Shown: piece after piece, positions 39,001-52,000 of the stretch
How the letters are laid out: every line of letters begins with the position of its first letter
How positions within the stretch are numbered: position 1 is the stretch's first letter
NCBI RefSeq assembly: GCF_009914755.1
Contig: NC_060939.1
Strand: one strand, 5' to 3'
Source: the human T2T-CHM13v2.0 reference genome, Homo sapiens
DNA length: 64,000 nt
Position numbers and translations under genes: made by a program
The notes under the pieces: generated by a model
Database searches by the model: none
What the model was told of the DNA's origin: nothing
What the model saw: only the letters and a program-made list of their open reading frames with translations

Positions 39001-42000
39001 TGAATGCAAACATCACAAAGCAGTTTCTGAGAATGCTGCTGTCTACTTTCTATTTGTAATCCCGTTTCCAACGAAATCCTCAGAACCATCGAAATTTCCA
39101 ATTGCAGATTCCACAGAAACAGGGTTTCAAAGCTGCTCTGTAAAAAGAAAGGTTCAACTCTGTTAGTTGAATACACACGTCACAAACAAGTTTCTGAGAA
39201 TGCTTCTGTCTAGTTTTTATGGGAAGATATTTCCTTTATCACGGTAGGCCTCAAAGCGCTCCAAATGTCCACTTCCACATACTACAAAAAGAGTGTTTCA
39301 AACCTGCTCTATGATAGGGAATGTTGAAACCTATGAGTTGAATGCAAGCATTACAAAGAGGTTTCTGAGAATGCTTCTGTCTAGATTTTATATGTAGATA
39401 TTCCCGTTTCCAACGAAATCCTCAAAGCTATCCAAATATCAACTTGCAGATTCTGCAAAAGGAATGTTTCCAAAATGCTGTATCCAAACAAAGGTTCAAC
39501 TCTGTGAATTGAGGGCATACATCACAAAGAAGATTCTGAGAATGCTTCTGTCTAGATTTTATATGAAAATATTCCCGTTTCCAACGAAATCCTCAAAGCT
39601 ATCCAAATATCCACTTGCAAATGCCACAAAAAGAGTGTTTCCAAACTGCTCTGTGAAAAGGAAGGTTCAACTCTGTTAGTTGAGTACACACATCACAAAG
39701 AGGTTTCTGAGAATGCTGCTGACTAGTTTTTATTTGAAGATATTTCCCTTTTCACCTTAGGCCTAAGAGTGCTCGAAATGTCCATTTCCACATACTCCAC
39801 AAAGTGTGTTTCAAACGTGCTGTATGAAAGGGAATGTTCAACTTTATGAGTTGAATGCAAACATCACAAAGAAGACTCTGAGAATGCTTTTGTCTAGATT
39901 TTATATGAAGATATTCCCGTGTCCAACGAAATTTTCAAAGGTCTCCAAATATCCATTTGTAGATTCTACAAAAAGAGTGTTTCCAAACTGCTGTATCAAA
40001 ACAAAGGTTGAACTCTGTGAGTTGAGGACACACATCACAAATAAGTTTCTGAGAATGCTTCTGTCTAGTTTTTATTTGAAGATGTTTCCTTTTTCACCAT
40101 AGGCCTGAAAGCGCTCGAAATGTCCACTTCCAGATAGTACAGAAAGAGTGTTTCAAACCTGCTCTATGAACGGGAATGTTCAGCTCTGTGAGTTGAATGC
40201 AAACATCACAAAGCAGGTTCTGAGAATGCTTCCGTCTAGATTTTAAATGAGGATATTCCCGTTTCCAACGAAATCCTCGAAGCTATCCAAATATCCACTT
40301 GCAGATTCCACAAAAAGAGTGTTTCAAAACTGCTCTGTCAAAAGATAGGTTCAACTCTGTTAGTTGAGTACACACATGGCAAACAAGATTCCGAGAATGC
40401 TTTCGTCTAGTTTTTTTGGGAAGATATTTCCTTCTTCACCATAGGCCTCAAAACGCTCCAAATATCCATTTCCACATGCTATACAAAGAGTGTCTCAAAC
40501 CTGCTGTATGAATGGGAATGTTCAACTCTATGAGTTGAATGCAAACATCACAAAGAAGTTTCTGAGAATGCTGCTGTCTAGATTTTATATGAAGGTTTTC
40601 CCGCTTCCAACGAAATTTTCAATGCTCTCAAAATATCCTCTTGTAGATTCTACAAAAAGAGTGTTTCCAAACTGCTGTATCAAAACAAAGGTTCATCTCT
40701 GTTAGTTGAGGACACACATCACAAATAAGTTTCTGAGAATGCTTCTGTCTAGTTTTTATTTGAAGATGTTTCCTTTTTCACCATAGGCCTGAAAGCGCTC
40801 GAAATGTCCACTTCCAGATAGTACAGAAAGAGTGTTTCAAACCTGCTCTATGAACGGGAATGTTCAGCTCTGTGAGTTGAATGCAAACATCACAAAGCAG
40901 GTTCTGAGAATGCTTCCGTCTAGATTTTAAATGAGGATATTCCCGTTTCCAACGAAATCCTCGAAGCTATCCAAATATCCACTTGCAGATTCCACAAAAA
41001 GAGTGTTTCAAAACTGCTCTGTCAAAAGATAGGTTCAACTCTGTTAGTTGAGTACACACATGGCAAACAAGATTGCGAGAATGCTTTCGTCTAGTTTTTT
41101 TGGGAAGATATTTCCTTCTTCACCATAGGCCTCAAAGCGCTCCAAATATCCATTTCCACATGCTATACAAAGAGTGTCTCAAACCTGCTGTATGAATGGG
41201 AATGTTCAACTCTATGAGTTGAATGCAAACATCACAAAGAAGTTTCTGAGAATGCTGCTGTCTAGATTTTATATGAAGGTTTTCCCGCTTCCAACGAAAT
41301 TTTCAATGCTCTCAAAATATCCTCTTGTAGATTCTACAAAAAGAGTGTTTCCAAACTGCTGTATCAAAACAAAGGTTCATCTCTGTTAGTTGAGGACACA
41401 CATCACAAATAAGTTTCTGAGAATGCTTCTGTCTAGTTCTTATTTGAAGACATTTCCTTTCTCACCTTAGGCCTGAAAGCGCTCGAAATACCCACTTCCA
41501 GATACTACAGAAACAGTGATTCAAACCTGCTCTATGAAAGGGAATGTTCAACTATGTGACTTGAATGCAAACATCACAAAGCAGTTTCTGAGAATGCTGC
41601 TGTCTACTTTCTATTTGTAATCCCGTTTCCAACGAAATCCTCAGAACTATCGAAATTTCCAATTGCAGATTCCACAGAAACAGGGTTTCAAAGCTGCTCT
41701 GTAAAAAGAAAGGTTCAACTCTGTTAGTTGAATACACACGTCACAAACAAGTTTCTGAGAATGCTTCTGTCTAGTTTTTATGGGAAGATATTTCCTTTTT
41801 CACGGTAGGCCTCAAAGCGCTCCAAATGTCCACTTCCACATACTACAAAAAGAGTGTTTCAAACCTGCTCTATGATAGGGAATGTTGAAACCTATGAGTT
41901 GAATGCAAGCATTACAAAGAGGTTTCTGAGAATGCTTCTGTCTAGATTTTATATGTAGATATTCCCGTTTCCAACGAAATCCTCAAAGCTATCCAAATAT

Positions 42001-43050
42001 CAACTTGCAGATTCTACAAAAGGAATGTTTCCAAAATGCTGTATCCAAACAAAGGTTCAACTCTGTGAATTGAGGGCATACATCACAAAGAAGATTCTGA
42101 GAATGCTTCTGTCTAGATTTTATATGAAAATATTCCCGTTTCCAACGAAATCCTCAAAGCTATCCAAATATCCACTTGCAAATGCCACAAAAAGAGTGTT
42201 TCCAAACTGCTCTGTGAAAAGGAAGGTTCAACTCTGTTAGTTGAGTACACACATCACAAAGAGGTTTCTGAGAATGCTGCTGACTAGTTTTTATTTGAAG
42301 ATATTTCCCTTTTCACCTTAGGCCTAAGAGTGCTCGAAATGTCCATTTCCACATACTCCACAAAGTGTGTTTCAAACGTGCTGTATGAAAGGGAATGTTC
42401 AACTCTATGAGTTGAATGCAAACATCACAAAGAAGATTCTGAGAATGCTTTTGTCTAGATTTTATATGAAGATATTCCCGTGTCCAACGAAATTTTCAAA
42501 GGTCTCCAAATATCCATTTGTAGATTCTACAAAAAGAGTGTTTCCAAACTGCTGTATCAAAACAAAGGTTGAACTCTGTGAGTTGAGGACACACATCACA
42601 AATAAGTTTCTGAGAATGCTTCTGTCTAGTTTTTATTTGAAGATGTTTCCTTTTTCACCATAGGCCTGAAAGCGCTCGAAATGTCCACTTCCAGATAGTA
42701 CAGAAAGAGTGTTTCAAACCTGCTCTATGAACGGGAATGTTCAGCTCTGTGAGTTGAATGCAAACATCACAAAGCAGGTTCTGAGAATGCTTCCGTCTAG
42801 ATTTTAAATGAGGATATTCCCGTTTCCAACGAAATCCTCGAAGCTATCCAAATATCCACTTGCAGATTCCACAAAAAGAGTGTTTCAAAACTGCTCTGTC
42901 AAAAGATAGGTTCAACTCTGTTAGTTGAGTACACACATGGCAAACAAGATTGCGAGAATGCTTTCGTCTAGTTTTTTTGGGAAGATATTTCCTTCTTCAC
43001 CATAGGCCTCAAAGCGTTCCAAATATCCATTTCCACATGCTATACAAAGA
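36056..43050 (-). repeat. HOR run: 11-mer, 15-mer, 4-mer (684 bp), 11-mer
   Basis: Markers at 36056, 37933, 40490, 41174, 43051. Confidence 0.91.
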
Positions 43051-46000
43051 GTGTCTCAAACCTGCTGTATGAATGGGAATGTTCAACTCTATGAGTTGAA
43101 TGCAAACATCACAAAGAAGTTTCTGAGAATGCTGCTGTCTAGATTTTATATGAAGGTTTTCCCGCTTCCAACGAAATTTTCAATGCTCTCAAAATATCCT
43201 CTTGTAGATTCTACAAAAAGAGTGTTTCCAAACTGCTGTATCAAAACAAAGGTTCATCTCTGTTAGTTGAGGACACACATCACAAATAAGTTTCTGAGAA
43301 TGCTTCTGTCTAGTTCTTATTTGAAGACATTTCCTTTCTCACCTTAGGCCTGAAAGCGCTCGAAATACCCACTTCCAGATACTACAGAAACAGTGATTCA
43401 AACCTGCTCTATGAAAGGGAATGTTCAACTACGTGACTTGAATGCAAACATCACAAAGCAGTTTCTGAGAATGCTGCTGTCTACTTTCTATTTGTAATCC
43501 CGTTTCCAACGAAATCCTCAGAACTATCGAAATTTCCAATTGCAGATTCCACAGAAACAGGGTTTCAAAGCTGCTCTGTAAAAAGAAAGGTTCAACTCTG
43601 TTAGTTGAATACACACGTCACAAACAAGTTTCTGAGAATGCTTCTGTCTAGTTTTTATGGGAAGATACTTCCTTTTTCACCGTAGGCCTCAAAGCGCTCC
43701 AAATGTCCACTTCCACATACTACAAAAAGAGTGTTTCAAACCTGCTGTATGAAAGGGAATGTTCAACTCTATGAGTTGAATGCAAACATTACAAAGAAGT
43801 TTCTGAGAATGCTTCTGTCTAGATTTTATATGAAGGTTTTCCCGTTTCCAACGAAATTTTCAATGCTCTCAAAATATCCACTTGTAGATTCTACAAAAAG
43901 AGTGTTTCCAAACTGCTGTGTCAAAAGAAAGGTTCAACTCTCTTAGTTGAGGACACACATCACAAATAAGTTTCTGAGAATGCTTCTGTCTAGTTCTTAT
44001 TTGAAGACATTTCCTTTCTCACCTTAGGCCTGAAAACGCTCGAAATATCCACTTCCAGATACGACAGAAACAGTGATTCAAACCTGCTCTATGAAAGGGA
44101 ATGTTCAACTAGGTGACTTGAATGCAAACATCACAAAGCAGTTTCTGAGAATGCTGCTGTCTACTTTCTATTTGTAATCCCGTTTCCAACGAAATCCTCA
44201 GAACTATCGAAATTTCCAATTGCAGATTCCACAGAAACAGGGTTTCAAAGCTGCTCTGTAAAAAGAAAGGTTCAACTCTGTTAGTTGAATACACACGTCA
44301 CAAACAAGTTTCTGAGAATGCTTCTGTCTAGTTTTTATGGGAAGATATTTCCTTTTTCACGGTAGGCCTCAAAGCGCTCCAAATGTCCACTTCCACATAC
44401 TACAAAAAGAGTGTTTCAAACCTGCTCTATGATAGAGAATGTTGAAACCTATGAGTTGAATGCAAGCATTACAAAGAGGTTTCTGAGAATGCTTCTGTCT
44501 AGATTTTATATGTAGATATTCCCGTTTCCAACGAAATCCTCAAAGCTATCCAAATATCAACTTGCAGATTCTACAAAAGGAATGTTTCCAAAATGCTGTA
44601 TCCAAACAAAGGTTCAACTCTGTGAATTGAGGGCATACATCACAAAGAAGATTCTGAGAATGCTTCTGTCTAGATTTTATATGAAAATATTCCCGTTTCC
44701 AACGAAATCCTCAAAGCTATCCAAATATCCACTTGCAAATGCCACAAAAAGAGTGTTTCCAAACTGCTCTGTGAAAAGGAAGGTTCAACTCTGTTAGTTG
44801 AGTACACACATCACAAAGAGGTTTCTGAGAATGCTGCTGACTAGTTTTTATTTGAAGATATTTCCCTTTTCACCTTAGGCCTAAGAGTGCTCGAAATGTC
44901 CATTTCCACATACTCCACAAAGTGTGTTTCAAACGTGCTGTATGAAAGGGAATGTTCAACTCTATGAGTTGAATGCAAACATCACAAAGAAGATTCTGAG
45001 AATGCTTTTGTCTAGATTTTATATGAAGATATTCCCGTGTCCAACGAAATTTTCAAAGGTCTCCAAATATCCATTTGTAGATTCTACAAAAAGAGTGTTT
45101 CCAAACTGCTGTATCAAAACAAAGGTTGAACTCTGTGAGTTGAGGACACACATCACAAATAAGTTTCTGAGAATGCTTCTGTCTAGTTTTTATTTGAAGA
45201 TGTTTCCTTTTTCACCATAGGCCTGAAAGCGCTCGAAATGTCCACTTCCAGATAGTACAGAAAGAGTGTTTCAAACCTGCTCTATGAACGGGAATGTTCA
45301 GCTCTGTGAGTTGAATGCAAACATCACAAAGCAGGTTCCGAGAATGCTTCCGTCTAGATTTTAAATGAGGATATTCCCGTTTCCAACGAAATCCTCGAAG
45401 CTATCCAAATATCCACTTGCAGATTCCACAAAAAGAGTGTTTCAAAACTGCTCTGTCAAAAGATAGGTTCAACTCTGTTAGTTGAGTACACACATGGCAA
45501 ACAAGATTCCGAGAATGCTTTCGTCTAGTTTTTTTGGGAAGATACTTCCTTCTTCACCATAGGCCTCAAAGCGCTCCAAATATCCATTTCCACATGCTAT
45601 ACAAAGAGTGTCTCAAACCTGCTGTATGAATGGGAATGTTCAACTCTATGAGTTGAATGCAAACATCACAAAGAAGTTTCTGAGAATGCTGCTGTCTAGA
45701 TTTTATATGAAGGTTTTCCCGCTTCCAACGAAATTTTCAATGCTCTCAAAATATCCTCTTGTAGATTCTACAAAAAGAGTGTTTCCAAACTGCTGTATCA
45801 AAACAAAGGTTCATCTCTGTTAGTTGAGGACACACATCACAAATAAGTTTCTGAGAATGCTTCTGTCTAGTTCTTATTTGAAGACATTTCCTTTCTCACC
45901 TTAGGCCTGAAAACGCTCGAAATATCCACTTCCAGATACGACAGAAACTGTGATTCAAACCTGCTCTATGAAAGGGAATGTTCAACTAGGTGACTTGAAT

Positions 46001-49000
46001 GCAAACATCACAAAGCAGTTTCTGAGAATGCTGCTGTCTACTTTGTATTTGTAATCCCGTTTCCAACGAAATCCTCAGAACTATCGAAATTTCCAATTGC
46101 AGATTCCACAAAAAGCGTGTTTCAAAGCTGCTCTGTAGAAAGAAAGGTTCAACTCTGTTAGTTGAATACACACGTCACAAACAAGTTTCTGAGAATGCTT
46201 CTGTCTAGTTTTTATGGGAAGATATTTCCTTTTTCACCGTAGGCCTCAAAGCGCTCCAAATGTCCACTTCCACATACTACAAAAAGAGTGTTTCAAACCT
46301 GCTGTATGAAAGGGAATGTTCAACTCTATGAGTTGAATGCAAACATTACAAAGAAGTTTCTGAGAATGCTTCTGTCTAGATTTTATATGAAGGTTTTCCC
46401 GTTTCCAACGAAATTTTCAATGCTCTCAAAATATCCACTTGTAGATTCTACAAAAAGAGTGTTTCCAAACTGCTGTGTCAAAAGAAAGGTTCAACTCTGT
46501 TAGTTGAGGACACACATCACAAATAAGTTTCTGAGAATGCTTCTGTCTAGTTCTTATTTGAAGACATTTCCTTTCTCACCTTAGGCCTGAAAACGCTCGA
46601 AATATCCACTTCCAGATACGACAGAAACAGTGATTCAAACCTGCTCTATGAAAGGGAATGTTCAACTAGGTGACTTGAATGCAAACATCACAAAGCAGTT
46701 TCTGAGAATGCTGCTGTCTACTTTCTATTTGTAATCCCGTTTCCAACGAAATCCTCAGAACTATCGAAATTTCCAATTGCAGATTCCACAAAAAGCGTGT
46801 TTCAAAGCTGCTCTGTAAAAAGAAAGGTTCAACTCTGTTAGTTGAATACACACGTCACAAACAAGTTTCTGAGAATGCTTCTGTCTAGTTTTTATGGGAA
46901 GATATTTCCTTTTTCACCGTAGGCCTCAAAGCGCTCCAAATGTCCACTTCCACATACTACAAAAAGAGTGTTTCAAACCTGCTCTATGATAGGGAATGTT
47001 GAAACCTATGAGTTGAATGCAAGCATTACAAAGAGGTTTCTGAGAATGCTTCTGTCTAGATTTTATATGTAGATATTCCCGTTTCCAACGAAATCCTCAA
47101 AGCTATCCAAATATCAACTTGCAGATTCTACAAAAGGAATGTTTCCAAAATGCTGTATCCAAACAAAGGTTCAACTCTGTGAATTGAGGGCATACATCAC
47201 AAAGAAGATTCTGAGAATGCTTCTGTCTAGATTTTATATGAAAATATTCCCGTTTCCAACGAAATCCTCAAAGCTATCCAAATATCCACTTGCAAATGCC
47301 ACAAAAAGAGTGTTTCCAAACTGCTCTGTGAAAAGGAAGGTTCAACTCTGTTAGTTGAGTACACACATCACAAAGAGGTTTCTGAGAATGCTGCTGACTA
47401 GTTTTTATTTGAAGATATTTCCCTTTTCACCTTAGGCCTAAGAGTGCTCGAAATGTCCATTTCCACATACTCCACAAAGTGTGTTTCAAACGTGCTGTAT
47501 GAAAGGGAATGTTCAACTCTATGAGTTGAATGCAAACATCACAAAGAAGATTCTGAGAATGCTTTTGTCTAGATTTTATATGAAGATATTCCCGTGTCCA
47601 ACGAAATTTTCAAAGGTCTCCAAATATCCATTTGTAGATTCTACAAAAAGAGTGTTTCCAAACTGCTGTATCAAAACAAAGGTTGAACTCTGTGAGTTGA
47701 GGACACACATCACAAATAAGTTTCTGAGAATGCTTCTGTCTAGTTTTTATTTGAAGATGTTTCCTTTTTCACCATAGGCCTGAAAGCGCTCGAAATGTCC
47801 ACTTCCAGATAGTACAGAAAGAGTGTTTCAAACCTGCTCTATGAACGGGAATGTTCAGCTCTGTGAGTTGAATGCAAACATCACAAAGCAGGTTCTGAGA
47901 ATGCTTCCGTCTAGATTTTAAATGAGGATATTCCCGTTTCCAACGAAATCCTCGAAGCTATCCAAATATCCACTTGCAGATTCCACAAAAAGAGTGTTTC
48001 AAAACTGCTCTGTCAAAAGATAGGTTCAACTCTGTTAGTTGAGTACACACATGGCAAACAAGATTGCGAGAATGCTTTCGTCTAGTTTTTTTGGGAAGAT
48101 ATTTCCTTCTTCACCATAGGCCTCAAAGCGTTCCAAATATCCATTTCCACATGCTATACAAAGAGTGTCTCAAACCTGCTGTATGAATGGGAATGTTCAA
48201 CTCTATGAGTTGAATGCAAACATCACAAAGAAGTTTCTGAGAATGCTGCTGTCTAGATTTTATATGAAGGTTTTCCCGCTTCCAACGAAATTTTCAATGC
48301 TCTCAAAATATCCTCTTGTAGATTCTACAAAAAGAGTGTTTCCAAACTGCTGTATCAAAACAAAGGTTCATCTCTGTTAGTTGAGGACACACATCACAAA
48401 TAAGTTTCTGAGAATGCTTCTGTCTAGTTCTTATTTGAAGACATTTCCTTTCTCACCTTAGGCCTGAAAGCGCTCGAAATACCCACTTCCAGATACTACA
48501 GAAACAGTGATTCAAACCTGCTCTATGAAAGGGAATGTTCAACTACGTGACTTGAATGCAAACATCACAAAGCAGTTTCTGAGAATGCTGCTGTCTACTT
48601 TCTATTTGTAATCCCGTTTCCAACGAAATCCTCAGAACTATCGAAATTTCCAATTGCAGATTCCACAGAAACAGGGTTTCAAAGCTGCTCTGTAAAAAGA
48701 AAGGTTCAACTCTGTTAGTTGAATACACACGTCACAAACAAGTTTCTGAGAATGCTTCTGTCTAGTTTTTATGGGAAGATACTTCCTTTTTCACCGTAGG
48801 CCTCAAAGCGCTCCAAATGTCCACTTCCACATACTACAAAAAGAGTGTTTCAAACCTGCTGTATGAAAGGGAATGTTCAACTCTATGAGTTGAATGCAAA
48901 CATTACAAAGAAGTTTCTGAGAATGCTTCTGTCTAGATTTTATATGAAGGTTTTCCCGTTTCCAACGAAATTTTCAATGCTCTCAAAATATCCACTTGTA

Positions 49001-52000
49001 GATTCTACAAAAAGAGTGTTTCCAAACTGCTGTGTCAAAAGAAAGGTTCAACTCTCTTAGTTGAGGACACACATCACAAATAAGTTTCTGAGAATGCTTC
49101 TGTCTAGTTCTTATTTGAAGACATTTCCTTTCTCACCTTAGGCCTGAAAACGCTCGAAATATCCACTTCCAGATACGACAGAAACAGTGATTCAAACCTG
49201 CTCTATGAAAGGGAATGTTCAACTAGGTGACTTGAATGCAAACATCACAAAGCAGTTTCTGAGAATGCTGCTGTCTACTTTCTATTTGTAATCCCGTTTC
49301 CAACGAAATCCTCAGAACTATCGAAATTTCCAATTGCAGATTCCACAGAAACAGGGTTTCAAAGCTGCTCTGTAAAAAGAAAGGTTCAACTCTGTTAGTT
49401 GAATACACACGTCACAAACAAGTTTCTGAGAATGCTTCTGTCTAGTTTTTATGGGAAGATATTTCCTTTTTCACGGTAGGCCTCAAAGCGCTCCAAATGT
49501 CCACTTCCACATACTACAAAAAGAGTGTTTCAAACCTGCTCTATGATAGAGAATGTTGAAACCTATGAGTTGAATGCAAGCATTACAAAGAGGTTTCTGA
49601 GAATGCTTCTGTCTAGATTTTATATGTAGATATTCCCGTTTCCAACGAAATCCTCAAAGCTATCCAAATATCAACTTGCAGATTCTACAAAAGGAATGTT
49701 TCCAAAATGCTGTATCCAAACAAAGGTTCAACTCTGTGAATTGAGGGCATACATCACAAAGAAGATTCTGAGAATGCTTCTGTCTAGATTTTATATGAAA
49801 ATATTCCCGTTTCCAACGAAATCCTCAAAGCTATCCAAATATCCACTTGCAAATGCCACAAAAAGAGTGTTTCCAAACTGCTCTGTGAAAAGGAAGGTTC
49901 AACTCTGTTAGTTGAGTACACACATCACAAAGAGGTTTCTGAGAATGCTGCTGACTAGTTTTTATTTGAAGATATTTCCCTTTTCACCTTAGGCCTAAGA
50001 GTGCTCGAAATGTCCATTTCCACATACTCCACAAAGTGTGTTTCAAACGTGCTGTATGAAAGGGAATGTTCAACTCTATGAGTTGAATGCAAACATCACA
50101 AAGAAGATTCTGAGAATGCTTTTGTCTAGATTTTATATGAAGATATTCCCGTGTCCAACGAAATTTTCAAAGGTCTCCAAATATCCATTTGTAGATTCTA
50201 CAAAAAGAGTGTTTCCAAACTGCTGTATCAAAACAAAGGTTGAACTCTGTGAGTTGAGGACACACATCACAAATAAGTTTCTGAGAATGCTTCTGTCTAG
50301 TTTTTATTTGAAGATGTTTCCTTTTTCACCATAGGCCTGAAAGCGCTCGAAATGTCCACTTCCAGATAGTACAGAAAGAGTGTTTCAAACCTGCTCTATG
50401 AACGGGAATGTTCAGCTCTGTGAGTTGAATGCAAACATCACAAAGCAGGTTCCGAGAATGCTTCCGTCTAGATTTTAAATGAGGATATTCCCGTTTCCAA
50501 CGAAATCCTCGAAGCTATCCAAATATCCACTTGCAGATTCCACAAAAAGAGTGTTTCAAAACTGCTCTGTCAAAAGATAGGTTCAACTCTGTTAGTTGAG
50601 TACACACATGGCAAACAAGATTCCGAGAATGCTTTCGTCTAGTTTTTTTGGGAAGATACTTCCTTCTTCACCATAGGCCTCAAAGCGCTCCAAATATCCA
50701 TTTCCACATGCTATACAAAGAGTGTCTCAAACCTGCTGTATGAATGGGAATGTTCAACTCTATGAGTTGAATGCAAACATCACAAAGAAGTTTCTGAGAA
50801 TGCTGCTGTCTAGATTTTATATGAAGGTTTTCCCGCTTCCAACGAAATTTTCAATGCTCTCAAAATATCCTCTTGTAGATTCTACAAAAAGAGTGTTTCC
50901 AAACTGCTGTATCAAAACAAAGGTTCATCTCTGTTAGTTGAGGACACACATCACAAATAAGTTTCTGAGAATGCTTCTGTCTAGTTCTTATTTGAAGACA
51001 TTTCCTTTCTCACCTTAGGCCTGAAAACGCTCGAAATATCCACTTCCAGATACGACAGAAACTGTGATTCAAACCTGCTCTATGAAAGGGAATGTTCAAC
51101 TAGGTGACTTGAATGCAAACATCACAAAGCAGTTTCTGAGAATGCTGCTGTCTACTTTGTATTTGTAATCCCGTTTCCAACGAAATCCTCAGAACTATCG
51201 AAATTTCCAATTGCAGATTCCACAAAAAGCGTGTTTCAAAGCTGCTCTGTAGAAAGAAAGGTTCAACTCTGTTAGTTGAATACACACGTCACAAACAAGT
51301 TTCTGAGAATGCTTCTGTCTAGTTTTTATGGGAAGATATTTCCTTTTTCACCGTAGGCCTCAAAGCGCTCCAAATGTCCACTTCCACATACTACAAAAAG
51401 AGTGTTTCAAACCTGCTGTATGAAAGGGAATGTTCAACTCTATGAGTTGAATGCAAACATTACAAAGAAGTTTCTGAGAATGCTTCTGTCTAGATTTTAT
51501 ATGAAGGTTTTCCCGTTTCCAACGAAATTTTCAATGCTCTCAAAATATCCACTTGTAGATTCTACAAAAAGAGTGTTTCCAAACTGCTGTGTCAAAAGAA
51601 AGGTTCAACTCTGTTAGTTGAGGACACACATCACAAATAAGTTTCTGAGAATGCTTCTGTCTAGTTCTTATTTGAAGACATTTCCTTTCTCACCTTAGGC
51701 CTGAAAACGCTCGAAATATCCACTTCCAGATACGACAGAAACAGTGATTCAAACCTGCTCTATGAAAGGGAATGTTCAACTAGGTGACTTGAATGCAAAC
51801 ATCACAAAGCAGTTTCTGAGAATGCTGCTGTCTACTTTCTATTTGTAATCCCGTTTCCAACGAAATCCTCAGAACTATCGAAATTTCCAATTGCAGATTC
51901 CACAAAAAGCGTGTTTCAAAGCTGCTCTGTAAAAAGAAAGGTTCAACTCTGTTAGTTGAATACACACGTCACAAACAAGTTTCTGAGAATGCTTCTGTCT

